Source: Acidimicrobiia bacterium (GTDB taxonomy: Bacteria; Actinomycetota; Acidimicrobiia; IMCC26256; PALSA-610). From it: DNA of 64,000 bases. The position numbers were made by a program, and so were the translations under genes. The notes below the pieces were generated by a model. The model saw only the letters and a program-made list of their open reading frames with translations, was not told the DNA's origin and made no database searches. Every line of letters begins with the position of its first letter. Positions within the stretch are counted from its first letter, which is position 1. Below, in pieces: positions 32,860-42,323 of this stretch. The stretch spans positions 22,568 through 86,567 of the forward strand of contig DASXZO010000040.1 of assembly GCA_036501845.1 (NCBI GenBank). Direction: 5' to 3'.

Positions 32860-35142
32860 ATGCGTTCTGTTCTCACGCGATTCAGCGCGCTCGCGTCCTC
32901 GCTGTTTCTCATCACGTCGATGGTGATTTTGCACGGTGTGCCCAGTGCGTCGGCTACATCGACGACCTGCCCGGCGACGACACCCGACGGATTCGCCGGC
33001 ATCATCGACGGGACCCCGGGCAACGACACGCTCACCGCGCCTGACGATCAGAACTGGGTCATTTGCGGCGAGGCCGGCGACGACACGATCACCGGCGGCG
33101 GCGGTGACGACCTGATCTACGGCGGCGATGGCGACGACGTCATCCACGGCGGGGCGGGGAACGACACCATCGACGACACCCAGGGTGCCAACACGATCTA
33201 CGGCGACGACGGCGACGACTTCCTCTGTGAATTGCCGGTGTTCTGTGGGCCGGCGCCAACCACCACCCCGGCGTCAACCCTCGACGGCGGCAACGGCAAC
33301 GACACCCTCTGGGGCAGCGCCGGCAACGACGTTCTGAGTGGCGACGCCGGGAACGACAGCATGATGAGCGGGACCGGCAACGACACGGTGACGGGCGGCG
33401 ACGGCAACGACTCGCTCGGCAACCTCGGCGGGACCGACACACTTGACGGCGGTGACGGCGACGACACCATCGGCACCGCCCTCGCCACCTCGCCGATCGT
33501 CGGCGGCAATGGAAACGACACGATCATTGTGAGTGATTCGTCAGTCGTCGCAACGCTGGGCAGCGGCGGAGTCGGATCGGCCACGATGGGAAGCGTGACG
33601 ATTGAACTCGACGGCTTCGAGAACCTCACCGGTGGCCCCGGGAACGACACCCTCACGGGCGACAGCGGGAGCAACATCATCAGCGGCGGTGGTGGCAACG
33701 ACACGATCATCGCGACCGCAGGCGGCGACACCCTCAACGGTGGCGACGGGAACGACACGTTCAACGAGGGATCGGCAAGCAACGGCGCCGACGCGATCAA
33801 CGGCGGCGACGGCAACGACACCGTCGACTACTCCGGCCGCACCACGAGCGTGTGCATCGATATGGACGGGAGCACGCCCAGCGGCGCGACCACTACCGAC
33901 TGCTCGACTGGAGTCACGGAAGGCGACACCATCGGCACCGACGTCGAAAACGCGAAGGGCGGATCGGCGAACGACACGATCATCGGTAACGCGAACGCGA
34001 ACACGATTACGGGTGGCCTCGGCAACGACACGCTGAGCGGCGGCGACGGCAACGACACCTTCAGCGAAGGCAGCGCCACGAACGGAGCCGACACGATCAG
34101 CGGCGGCAATGGTGAAGACAGTGTCGATTACTCGGGCCGCACGAGTGCCGTGTGTATCGACCTCGACGGAAGCACTTCGAGTGGCCAGACGAGCAACAAC
34201 TGCGCCTCAGGTGTGAGTGAAGGCGACATCATCGGCAGCGACGTCGAGGACGCGACCACGGGCAGTGGCGCCGACACGATCATTGGCAACTCGTCCGACA
34301 ACACCCTCGCCGGCAAGGCCGGTGCCGACAACATCACAGGTGGCGCCGGTAACGACACGATCAATGGGGGCTCAGGCAGTGACACGTTGTCCGGCGGGGG
34401 CGACCTTGGTGACCTGCTCGACGACTCGGGCCTGACGTCGGGCGTCAGCATCACCCTCTCACTCAGCCCAACGACGAACGAAGACGTGACCCATACCGAC
34501 GGGTCCGTCACCGGATTCCAAAACGTGCGTGGCAGCAGCGGGAGCGACACGCTCACAGGCGACGACGATGCAAACCTGCTCGGCGGCAACAACGGCGACG
34601 ACACCATCTCTGGCGGCAATGGCGACGACACCATCGACGGCGGGGCCGGAAACGACACCATCGACGGTGGTTCTGGCAACGACTCGCTCGCGGGCTCGCA
34701 GGGCAACGACACGATCACCGGAGATGACGGTGACGACAACGTGCAGCCTGGCGCCGGCACGAACAGCGTCGACGGCGGCACGGGCACCAACACGCTGAAT
34801 TACGCCTCTATCGCAACGGGAGTCGTTGTGGACCTCGCGGCCGGCACCACCACCGGAGGCGCGACCGACACGATCCTCCACGATTCCTTCATTGATGTCA
34901 TCGGCTCTGGCGGCGACGACACGCTCACCGGCGACGCCCAAGACAACGTGATCAACGGTGGAGGCGGCGACGACTTCCTCTACGGCGGTGACGGTAACGA
35001 CACGCTGAACGGTGGCGACGGCAACGACCAAATCACAGGTGAGAACGGCACCGACGTAGGTGCCGGTGGAAACGGTACCGACTCCTGCGATTTCGCAACG
35101 ACCGAGACGACTACGAGCTGCGAAAGCTCGTGGACGCCGTAA
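32860..35142 (+). CDS. Sec-signal RTX-type (hemolysin-type calcium-binding repeat) protein
   Basis: The ATG at 32860 is preceded by GTAGGGGGA. The signal is MRSVLTRFSALASSLFLITSMVILHGVPSASA. Dozens of GGxGNDTLxG nonapeptide repeats follow. The C-terminus is CDFATTETTTSCESSWTP. Confidence 0.8.
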   Translation: MRSVLTRFSALASSLFLITSMVILHGVPSASATSTTCPATTPDGFAGIIDGTPGNDTLTAPDDQNWVICGEAGDDTITGGGGDDLIYGGDGDDVIHGGAGNDTIDDTQGANTIYGDDGDDFLCELPVFCGPAPTTTPASTLDGGNGNDTLWGSAGNDVLSGDAGNDSMMSGTGNDTVTGGDGNDSLGNLGGTDTLDGGDGDDTIGTALATSPIVGGNGNDTIIVSDSSVVATLGSGGVGSATMGSVTIELDGFENLTGGPGNDTLTGDSGSNIISGGGGNDTIIATAGGDTLNGGDGNDTFNEGSASNGADAINGGDGNDTVDYSGRTTSVCIDMDGSTPSGATTTDCSTGVTEGDTIGTDVENAKGGSANDTIIGNANANTITGGLGNDTLSGGDGNDTFSEGSATNGADTISGGNGEDSVDYSGRTSAVCIDLDGSTSSGQTSNNCASGVSEGDIIGSDVEDATTGSGADTIIGNSSDNTLAGKAGADNITGGAGNDTINGGSGSDTLSGGGDLGDLLDDSGLTSGVSITLSLSPTTNEDVTHTDGSVTGFQNVRGSSGSDTLTGDDDANLLGGNNGDDTISGGNGDDTIDGGAGNDTIDGGSGNDSLAGSQGNDTITGDDGDDNVQPGAGTNSVDGGTGTNTLNYASIATGVVVDLAAGTTTGGATDTILHDSFIDVIGSGGDDTLTGDAQDNVINGGGGDDFLYGGDGNDTLNGGDGNDQITGENGTDVGAGGNGTDSCDFATTETTTSCESSWTP

Positions 35143-35262
35143 CGCAGACGAGAAGTTGAACACCTAGCGCGCGGTTGCGGACCGGCCGTCGTCGCCCGAC
35201 AACGGCAGGCACGGGCCGCACACAGCCGGGACGCAAGTCCCTTTCTCACAGGGGTGCTACTC

Positions 35263-37587
35263 ATGCGACCATTGCTCGCGCGCCTCAGCGCGCTCGCGTC
35301 CGCAACATTTCTGCTCACCTCAATCGTGATGCTGCACGGCATGACTGCCGCGTCTGCTTCGGTGACCGCGTGTCCGTCGGCTTCGCCGCCGCCTGGATAC
35401 ACGGTGCTCATGGGCACCGAGGGCAACGACACCATCACGGTGCCGACCGGCAACTACCTCGTGTGCGCACTCGGTGGTGACGACACGATCGCCACCGGCT
35501 CCGGCGTCGACCTCATCTATGGCGGCGAGGGCAACGACAGCATCGTGCTCACAGGAGCGAACGGGTGCCCGTTCGCCGCCGATCAGTATTACGGCGAGGA
35601 CGGTTCCGACACGATCGGCAACGCCTACATCGGCAACCTATCGAGCGGCGTCGTGTACGGCACAACCCGGTGCGGCTTCACGAGCACCATCGAGAACCTC
35701 ACCGGCACCGCGGGCAGCGACACGCTGATCGGCGACTCGAATGCCAACGTGCTCAACGGCGGTGACGGCAACGACACCATCACCGGGAATGGTGGTGGCG
35801 ACACCCTCGTCGGTGGCAACGGCTCTGACACGCTCGACGACTCGGGCCAAACCGTCGCGCTCAACATCGACCTCACCAACGCGACCGACCAGGACCAGAG
35901 CCCGACCGAGACCGACGTCGCAACCGGCTTCGAGAATGTCAACGGTGGCTCGGCCGACGACACGATCACCGGCGACACCAACAACAACGTGCTGAACGGC
36001 AACGCGGGCAACGACACGATTCATAGCGGCAGTGGCGGCGACAGGATCAGTGGCGGGAGTGGCAACGACACGTTGTACGGCGACGACGGCAACGACACGT
36101 TCTACGAAGACACGGCCAGCAACGGCGCCGACACGTTCCACGGCGGCGCCGGGAACGACATGGTCGACTACTCCGACCGTACGAGCAGCGTGTGCATCGA
36201 CATGGACGGCAGCTCGTCGAGCGGCGCGACCACTGGCAACTGTTCGACCGGCGTGACCGAGGGCGACACGATCGGCAGCGACGTGGAGTGGGCGAAGGGC
36301 GGCGCCGGGAACGACACGATCATCGGCAACTCGCTCGACAACAACCTCTACGGCGGCGCTGGGAGCGACACCATATTCGGGCTCACCGGGAACGACACGA
36401 TCAGGGGCCAGGCCGGCGCAGACACGCTCTACGCCGACACCTCTAGCGTCGGCGGAGAGCCCGGCGACACGCTCGACGACAGCGACCAGTCGAACGACCT
36501 GAACATCACGGTGTCGCAGTCTCCAACCGCGAACGAGGACGGCGGGTCGACGCCGGCGGACTCCTGGGCGTCGGGATTCGAGAACATCCGCACCGGCAAC
36601 GGAGACGACACGATCAACGGCGATGCCAACACGAACTCGTTGGTCGGCGGCGCCGGTAACGACACCATCAATGGCAACGACGGCGACGACAACCTCAACG
36701 GCGGTTCCGGCAACGACTTCATCGACGGCGGGAACGGCAACGACACTCTCAGCGGAGCGACCGGTGACGATGCACTGACCGGAGACGCGGGGAACGACAC
36801 CGTCATACCGAGCGCCGGCAACGACAATCCGGTCGATGGCGGTTCGGGTACGAACACACTCGACTACTCGGCCCAGACCGGCTCCGTGAACGTGAACCTC
36901 GCGGCCGGCACGGAGACCAGCGCAGCCGGCAACGACACGATCGTGGCAAATACCTTCCAGATCCTGGATGGTGGCTCGGCCAACGACGTGCTGACCGCCG
37001 ACAACGGCGACACCATCAACGGCAACAGCGGCGACGACACGATCAACGGAGGCAGCGGCAACGACACCTTGAATGGTGGCGTCGGCAACGACACCATCGA
37101 CGCTGGTGCGGGCAACGACACCATCAACGGCGGCACCGGCGACGACACGATCACCGCCGATGCCGGCGACGACACGATCCTTACCAGCGCGGGCAACAAC
37201 AGCGTCGACGGCGGCTCGGGCTCGGACACACTCGACTACTCGAGCCAGGGTTCTGCGCTCACCGCGAATCTCGCGACCGGCACCGTCACGCCTGCGAACG
37301 CCACCTTCACCGACACGATCCTCAACGACTCGATCGAGAACGTGAACGGCGGGAGCGGCGCCGACACCATCACGGGCGACGCGCAAGCGAACGTGCTCAA
37401 CGGCAACGGCGGCGCCGACTTCCTGTATGGCGGTGACGGCAACGACGCGCTCAATGGCGGCAACGGCGGCGACCACATCACGGGACAGGGCGGCACCGAC
37501 ACCGCCGACGGCGGTACAAGCATCGACTTCTGCGACTTCGCTACCACCGAGACCACCACGAACTGCGAGAACTCATGGACGCCGTGA
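35263..37587 (+). CDS. Sec-signal RTX-type calcium-binding repeat protein, paralog of 32860..35142
   Basis: I chose the ATG at 35263 by analogy: MRPLLARLSALASATFLLTSIVMLHGMTAASA. The repeats are of the same GGxGNDTIxG type. The C-terminus is CDFATTETTTNCENSWTP. Confidence 0.8.
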   Translation: MRPLLARLSALASATFLLTSIVMLHGMTAASASVTACPSASPPPGYTVLMGTEGNDTITVPTGNYLVCALGGDDTIATGSGVDLIYGGEGNDSIVLTGANGCPFAADQYYGEDGSDTIGNAYIGNLSSGVVYGTTRCGFTSTIENLTGTAGSDTLIGDSNANVLNGGDGNDTITGNGGGDTLVGGNGSDTLDDSGQTVALNIDLTNATDQDQSPTETDVATGFENVNGGSADDTITGDTNNNVLNGNAGNDTIHSGSGGDRISGGSGNDTLYGDDGNDTFYEDTASNGADTFHGGAGNDMVDYSDRTSSVCIDMDGSSSSGATTGNCSTGVTEGDTIGSDVEWAKGGAGNDTIIGNSLDNNLYGGAGSDTIFGLTGNDTIRGQAGADTLYADTSSVGGEPGDTLDDSDQSNDLNITVSQSPTANEDGGSTPADSWASGFENIRTGNGDDTINGDANTNSLVGGAGNDTINGNDGDDNLNGGSGNDFIDGGNGNDTLSGATGDDALTGDAGNDTVIPSAGNDNPVDGGSGTNTLDYSAQTGSVNVNLAAGTETSAAGNDTIVANTFQILDGGSANDVLTADNGDTINGNSGDDTINGGSGNDTLNGGVGNDTIDAGAGNDTINGGTGDDTITADAGDDTILTSAGNNSVDGGSGSDTLDYSSQGSALTANLATGTVTPANATFTDTILNDSIENVNGGSGADTITGDAQANVLNGNGGADFLYGGDGNDALNGGNGGDHITGQGGTDTADGGTSIDFCDFATTETTTNCENSWTP

Positions 37588-37619
37588 CGCAGTAGCCGAC
37601 CGCGCGCCGCTCGTTCTCG

Positions 37620-37654
37620 GTGCGTACGACGCGCATTATCACGCCCGTACGCAC
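37620..37654. terminator. hairpin between convergent genes (RTX paralog and rseP)
   Basis: GTGCGTACG, a 17-nt loop, then CGTACGCAC form a perfect 9-bp inverted repeat in the 90-nt convergent gap. Confidence 0.45.
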
Positions 37655-37677
37655 CCAGAAGCCGGTTGAGCGCGGCG

Positions 37678-38979
37678 TTAGAAGGGGTTGGCGGCGGGGT
37701 GCGCGATGTCGAGGAAGATGCTCGACAGGAAGATGAACGCGAGGATCGACAGGGTCGCGACTGCGATCGGCATGAGCTTGGCGAAGTCGACGCGGTACAC
37801 GCGGCGGTGGATCTTCGTCATCACGGCCTCGTAGACCGCCACTGCGATATGGCCGCCGTCGAACGGGATGAGCGGCAGCAGGTTGATGAAGCCGATCGAC
37901 ACGTTGATCACGATGAGCAGGCTGAACACCGCCGCCCAGCCGGCCGCGACCGCGTCCGACGCGTAGCCGGCCACACCCACGGGCGACACGAAGCGAGCGT
38001 TGGCCGCGGTCTCCTGCGCCTTGGGCGACGAGTTGCTCGAGCTGCTGAAGTTCGACAGATACGCCGAGATACCCGACGGCGAGAAGATGTGCCCGAGGCC
38101 GGCCACGGTGTCGCCGAGCACCTCAGCAGTGCGCACCGGCGCGAGGCCGATCGAGCTCACCACCGAAGGGTGTGCCACCAAGGTCTTCGGGCCGATGCCG
38201 AGGAAGCCCACACCCTCGCCGCCGGGACCGTTGGCCAGGATCGTGGTGTGGAGCGTGAGCAACTTCGCGGCGCGCTGCACCTGGATGGCCACGTTGCGGC
38301 CGCCGTGCGAACGGATCACATCCTGCACCTGCGACCAGCTCGTGACCGGCACCCCGTCGATCGTCTTGATCTGGTCGCCCTTGCGGAGCCCGGCGAGCGC
38401 GGCCGGCGTGCGGACCGTGTTCGACACGTCGCGCCCGTTGACGGTGCGCACCGACACGATGGTCTGCTGCACCTGGTCGACGACGGGAAGCGCCTTCTGG
38501 TTGTGGAAGTCGCCCGAGAACGACAACACCGTGGCCATGAGGAGCAGCGCGAGCACGAAGTGCGACGCCGGGCCCGCGAGCAGTGTGGACGTCTTGGCCC
38601 AAAAGCCCTTGGCGCGGAACGTGCGGGCCTCATCGGCGGGGTCGACGTCTTCGAGGTTGGTCATCCCGACGATCTTGCAATAGCCGCCGAGCGGCAAGGC
38701 CTTGATCCCGTACTCGGTTTCGCCCTTCTGCACCGACCACAGGCGCGGGCCGAAGCCGATGAAGAACTCGCTCACCTTCATGCCTGCCCGCTTGGCGAAC
38801 AGGAAGTGCCCGGCCTCGTGCATGCCGATCATCACGATGAAGAAGAAGGCGAGGATGCCCACCACGCCGAGCGCGTTGGCGTCGGTGAAGCCGAGCACCA
38901 CGAGCGCCACCAGCACGATCGCACCCACCCACAAGGCGTGGCGCGACTGCACGGGGACCGTTTCGAGCGGGTCCCTCAT
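37678..38979 (-). CDS. rseP: site-2 (RIP) zinc metalloprotease, M50 family
   Basis: HEAGHFLFAKRAGMKVSEFFIGFGP is the HExxH motif. The protein also has a PDZ-like middle domain and IGFINLLPLIPFDGGH. Confidence 0.85.
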   Translation of the reverse strand: MRDPLETVPVQSRHALWVGAIVLVALVVLGFTDANALGVVGILAFFFIVMIGMHEAGHFLFAKRAGMKVSEFFIGFGPRLWSVQKGETEYGIKALPLGGYCKIVGMTNLEDVDPADEARTFRAKGFWAKTSTLLAGPASHFVLALLLMATVLSFSGDFHNQKALPVVDQVQQTIVSVRTVNGRDVSNTVRTPAALAGLRKGDQIKTIDGVPVTSWSQVQDVIRSHGGRNVAIQVQRAAKLLTLHTTILANGPGGEGVGFLGIGPKTLVAHPSVVSSIGLAPVRTAEVLGDTVAGLGHIFSPSGISAYLSNFSSSSNSSPKAQETAANARFVSPVGVAGYASDAVAAGWAAVFSLLIVINVSIGFINLLPLIPFDGGHIAVAVYEAVMTKIHRRVYRVDFAKLMPIAVATLSILAFIFLSSIFLDIAHPAANPF

Positions 38980-40094
38980 GCCGCGCTCCGTTCCACCTCG
39001 GCGGCGGCGAGCACCCGTGAGCGTCGGTCGGCGTCCAGCACGTCATCGACGGTATCGGCCGCTCCGCTCCCCTCCTGCAGCACTGCGTCGACAATGTCGG
39101 TGATCGCCGTCCACGAAATTCGGCCGTTGAGGAACGCGTCGACGGCCACCTCGTTGGCTCCCGACAGGATCGCCGGCGCGGTGCCGCCGGCCCGGCCCGC
39201 GTCGTACGCCAGCGCCAGGCCGCGGAACGTGTCGAGGTCGGGCGGCTCGAACGTGAGTGTGTGCGCGGTGGCGAGGTCCATGCCGCCGAAAGCTTGCGGG
39301 AGTCGGTCGGGAGCGCCGAGCGCGAGCCCGATCGGCAAGCGCATGTCGGGCATCGACAGCTGCGCGATGAGCGCGCCGTCGACGTAGTCGACCATCGAGT
39401 GCACAATCGACTGCGGGTGCACCACTACGTCGATGGCGTCGTACCCGACGCCGAACAGTTCGTGCGCCTCGATCACTTCGAGGCCCTTGTTGATCAGCGT
39501 GGAGCTGTCGACGGTGATCTTCGGGCCCATCGACCACGTGGGGTGCGCGAGCGCGTCGGCGATGGTGACGTTGGCAAGGTCGGCGCGCGTACGGCCGCGG
39601 AACGGTCCGCCGCTCGCTGTCAACACAATGCGGCGCACTTCGCTGGGCCGACCGGCGCGCAAGCATTGATAGATCGCCGAATGCTCCGAATCCACCGGCG
39701 CGATCTCGCCGCCGCCGTCGGCGCGCGCCTTGGCGACCACGGGTCCGCCGGCGATGAGGCTCTCCTTGTTGGCGAGCGCCAGGCGCTTGCCCGCGCGCAA
39801 CGCCGCGAGCGTGGCGGGAAGGCCCGCGAAGCCGACCACCCCGTTGAGCACCACATCGGCCTCCGACGCCGCGGCCAGCGCGGCGAGGTCGGCACCCGGG
39901 TCGGAGCTCTGGGCGGCCAGCACGGTGCGCTCACAGGCCACGTGATGGTCGCGGCACTGCTCGGCGAGCAGCTCGGCGTTGCTGCCCGCGGCCAGCCCCA
40001 CCACGGCGAAACGGTCGGGGTGGGCGGCGATCACGTCGAGCGCCTGGGTACCGACCGAGCCCGTCGACCCCAGCACCACCACCTTCACGACCAT
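38976..40094 (-). CDS. dxr: 1-deoxy-D-xylulose 5-phosphate reductoisomerase
   Basis: The ATG at 40094 lies inside ORF 38976..40190. Motifs are VVVLGSTGSVGTQALDV, LANKESLI and NKGLEVIEAHELF. Confidence 0.9.
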   Translation of the reverse strand: MVVKVVVLGSTGSVGTQALDVIAAHPDRFAVVGLAAGSNAELLAEQCRDHHVACERTVLAAQSSDPGADLAALAAASEADVVLNGVVGFAGLPATLAALRAGKRLALANKESLIAGGPVVAKARADGGGEIAPVDSEHSAIYQCLRAGRPSEVRRIVLTASGGPFRGRTRADLANVTIADALAHPTWSMGPKITVDSSTLINKGLEVIEAHELFGVGYDAIDVVVHPQSIVHSMVDYVDGALIAQLSMPDMRLPIGLALGAPDRLPQAFGGMDLATAHTLTFEPPDLDTFRGLALAYDAGRAGGTAPAILSGANEVAVDAFLNGRISWTAITDIVDAVLQEGSGAADTVDDVLDADRRSRVLAAAEVERSAA

Positions 40095-40207
40095 GGACCA
40101 ACAATCGTAGGGCTGTGGGAAAGGATCGGTAAGGCTGCTTGGGACTTCTCTCAGCCGTTCGCCATACTGGTTCTTCCGATTTCGCCGCATCCGGAGGGCA
40201 GCAGCGA

Positions 40208-42313
40208 GTGCGGACGTTGCGGAACGCCGTCACGCTCGGGGTCGCGTTCGTTTGCGTGACCGCCGCCACACCGATCACACCCGCGTCGGCGGGCCAGCGA
40301 ACGACGACCAATCGAACGACGGGCTCGATCACGATCCAATCGATCGTGGGCGCGCCGTCAGGATCGTTCACACAGGGGAACGACGCGTCACGTGCGCCGT
40401 CGGCGTCGAGCGATGGCCGTTACGTCGCGTTCGAATCGGATGCCACGGACCTCGTGCCCAACGACACGAACGACAGCACCGACGTGTTCCTGCGCGACAA
40501 CCTCACGCTCGCGGTCACGCGTGTGAGCGCGCTGCTCGCCAACGGGAAACAGACCAACGACGACAGCTACGACGCGACGATCTCGGCCGACGGCAGCAAG
40601 GTCGCGTACGTGAGCAACGCCGACGGGATCACGTCCGACGATCACAACGGCGGCGGCGACGCCTACGTGTACGACACGCACGCGCACACGGTGGTGCGCG
40701 CGAGCGTGGCCTCGGGTTACCCGGGCGGCAACCTCGACGGCAACGACGACGGCATCGACTACACCACGCAAGCCGCGATCAGCGCCGACGGGAACTGGCT
40801 CGCGTTCACCACCGACAACGGGCTGTCGATCGTCGACGGCAACGGCGACAACGACGTGTACCTGCGCGACCTCGTGCACAACACCACCATCCGACTGAGC
40901 AACAGTCGCACCGGCGACCCCGATGGCGGTGGTGGCGAGGCGGCCGCACCGTCGTCCGACGCGTGCGAGATCGCGTACTCGTCGACCGCCAACGACATCG
41001 TCGCCCGCGACACCAACATGCAGCCCGACGTGTTCGTGTACGACCGCTGTAACCGCAGCAAGGTCACGACCTCGAGTCAGAAGCGTGTGCGCATGTCGGT
41101 GAGCCCGGCCGGCAACCAGGCGAACGGGCCGAGCGAAACACCGGCGATCAGCGCCAACGGTCGCTATGTGGTGTTCGCGTCGAAGGCCACCAACCTGGTG
41201 GCGCCCACGGTCACCGGCAACCATTGGCAGATCTACCTGCACGACCGCGACGCCGACGGCAACGGCGTGTTCGACGAGCCCGGCACGGGCAAGACCACCA
41301 CCACGTTGATCTCCGCCACCGGGCCCGGAGGCACGTCCGCCACCAGCGACGCGACGCAGCCCGCGATCAGCGCCGACGGCTGCGTGATCGCGTTCGCGTC
41401 GGATGCGCCCACGCAGATCTTCACCGTCGACCGCTGCCATGGCAACACACGGCAACGCATCACCGTGGGCACCGGTGGCGCCACGCCGAACGGTGCGAGC
41501 AGCGCGCCGTCGTTCGAGCCCGACGGCGATCAGGTGATGTTCCAGTCGGACGCGCGGAACCTCGTGGCCCCCGACACCAACTCGGCCACCGACGTGTTCG
41601 CGGCGCGGTGGCGGCCCGACACCCACGCGCCGCTCCTCGCGAACTCGACGGTCGCCGTGCCGGCGACGTCGTCGGTGTGGGTGCTCAACACCGCGGCGAA
41701 CAACTTCAAGCCCTCGTGGAGCGGGTGGGATCCGTCGGGAGTGGCGAGTTACACCGTCGACCTCGCACGGTTCTTCTGGAACAAGGCCGGTGTGGGCACT
41801 GCGTACGCGCACTTCTACTCCGACACGGGTGCGCAGAGCGGCGTGTTCACCGCGTCGGTGCCCGGCACCACATACTGCCTGCGCGTCTCGGCCGAGACCG
41901 ACGGCGCGCACAACAGTTCCAGCGGCGCCGGACCGGCCACGTGCCGAGCGCTGCCACTCGTGGCGACGCAACTGTCGTTCGGCTCGAACTGGACGAAGGA
42001 GAATCTCGCCGGCGCGTACGGCGGCACCGCGTACCGCACCACCACGAAGGGCGCCACGATGACGCGCACGTTCGTGGCTGCCGACCGGCTCGCGCTCGTC
42101 GCCACCACGTGCCCCACGTGCGGCACCGCCGACGTGTACCTCGGCAAGACGTTGCTCGCCCACGTGAACCTGGCGTCCGCCACCACCCAGACCGCCACGG
42201 TGATTCCGCTCGCGACCTGGTCGTCACTGCACTCCGGTACCCTCTCGCTCACGGTCACTTCGAGCGGGAAGCCGGTGGTCGTGCAGGGCGTCGGCGTCTA
42301 CCAGGACCATTGA
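40208..42313 (+). CDS. secreted TolB-like beta-propeller (PD40 repeat) protein with C-terminal beta-sandwich domains
   Basis: The GTG at 40208 follows GGAGGG. The signal is VRTLRNAVTLGVAFVCVTAATPITPASA. The pattern S.DGRYVAFES.A.NLV..DTN...DVF is repeated. Confidence 0.65.
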   Translation: MRTLRNAVTLGVAFVCVTAATPITPASAGQRTTTNRTTGSITIQSIVGAPSGSFTQGNDASRAPSASSDGRYVAFESDATDLVPNDTNDSTDVFLRDNLTLAVTRVSALLANGKQTNDDSYDATISADGSKVAYVSNADGITSDDHNGGGDAYVYDTHAHTVVRASVASGYPGGNLDGNDDGIDYTTQAAISADGNWLAFTTDNGLSIVDGNGDNDVYLRDLVHNTTIRLSNSRTGDPDGGGGEAAAPSSDACEIAYSSTANDIVARDTNMQPDVFVYDRCNRSKVTTSSQKRVRMSVSPAGNQANGPSETPAISANGRYVVFASKATNLVAPTVTGNHWQIYLHDRDADGNGVFDEPGTGKTTTTLISATGPGGTSATSDATQPAISADGCVIAFASDAPTQIFTVDRCHGNTRQRITVGTGGATPNGASSAPSFEPDGDQVMFQSDARNLVAPDTNSATDVFAARWRPDTHAPLLANSTVAVPATSSVWVLNTAANNFKPSWSGWDPSGVASYTVDLARFFWNKAGVGTAYAHFYSDTGAQSGVFTASVPGTTYCLRVSAETDGAHNSSSGAGPATCRALPLVATQLSFGSNWTKENLAGAYGGTAYRTTTKGATMTRTFVAADRLALVATTCPTCGTADVYLGKTLLAHVNLASATTQTATVIPLATWSSLHSGTLSLTVTSSGKPVVVQGVGVYQDH

Positions 42314-42323
42314 GTTTCCGCCC

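Noticed and set aside
33000-37500. Strongly periodic DNA (27-nt-like repetition) that could be mistaken for a tandem-repeat or CRISPR-like array
   Set aside because: The periodicity is the coding of GGxGxDxxx nonapeptide RTX repeats within two long intact ORFs. The units are degenerate, with no unique spacers and no cas genes. The antisense SLPSPP-type ORFs (for example 33198..33821 - and 35638..37476 -) are shadows.
32860-37587. A type I secretion system toxin locus
   Set aside because: There is no ABC transporter, membrane-fusion protein, acyltransferase (RtxC-like) or outer-membrane component in the window, and both proteins carry Sec signal peptides.
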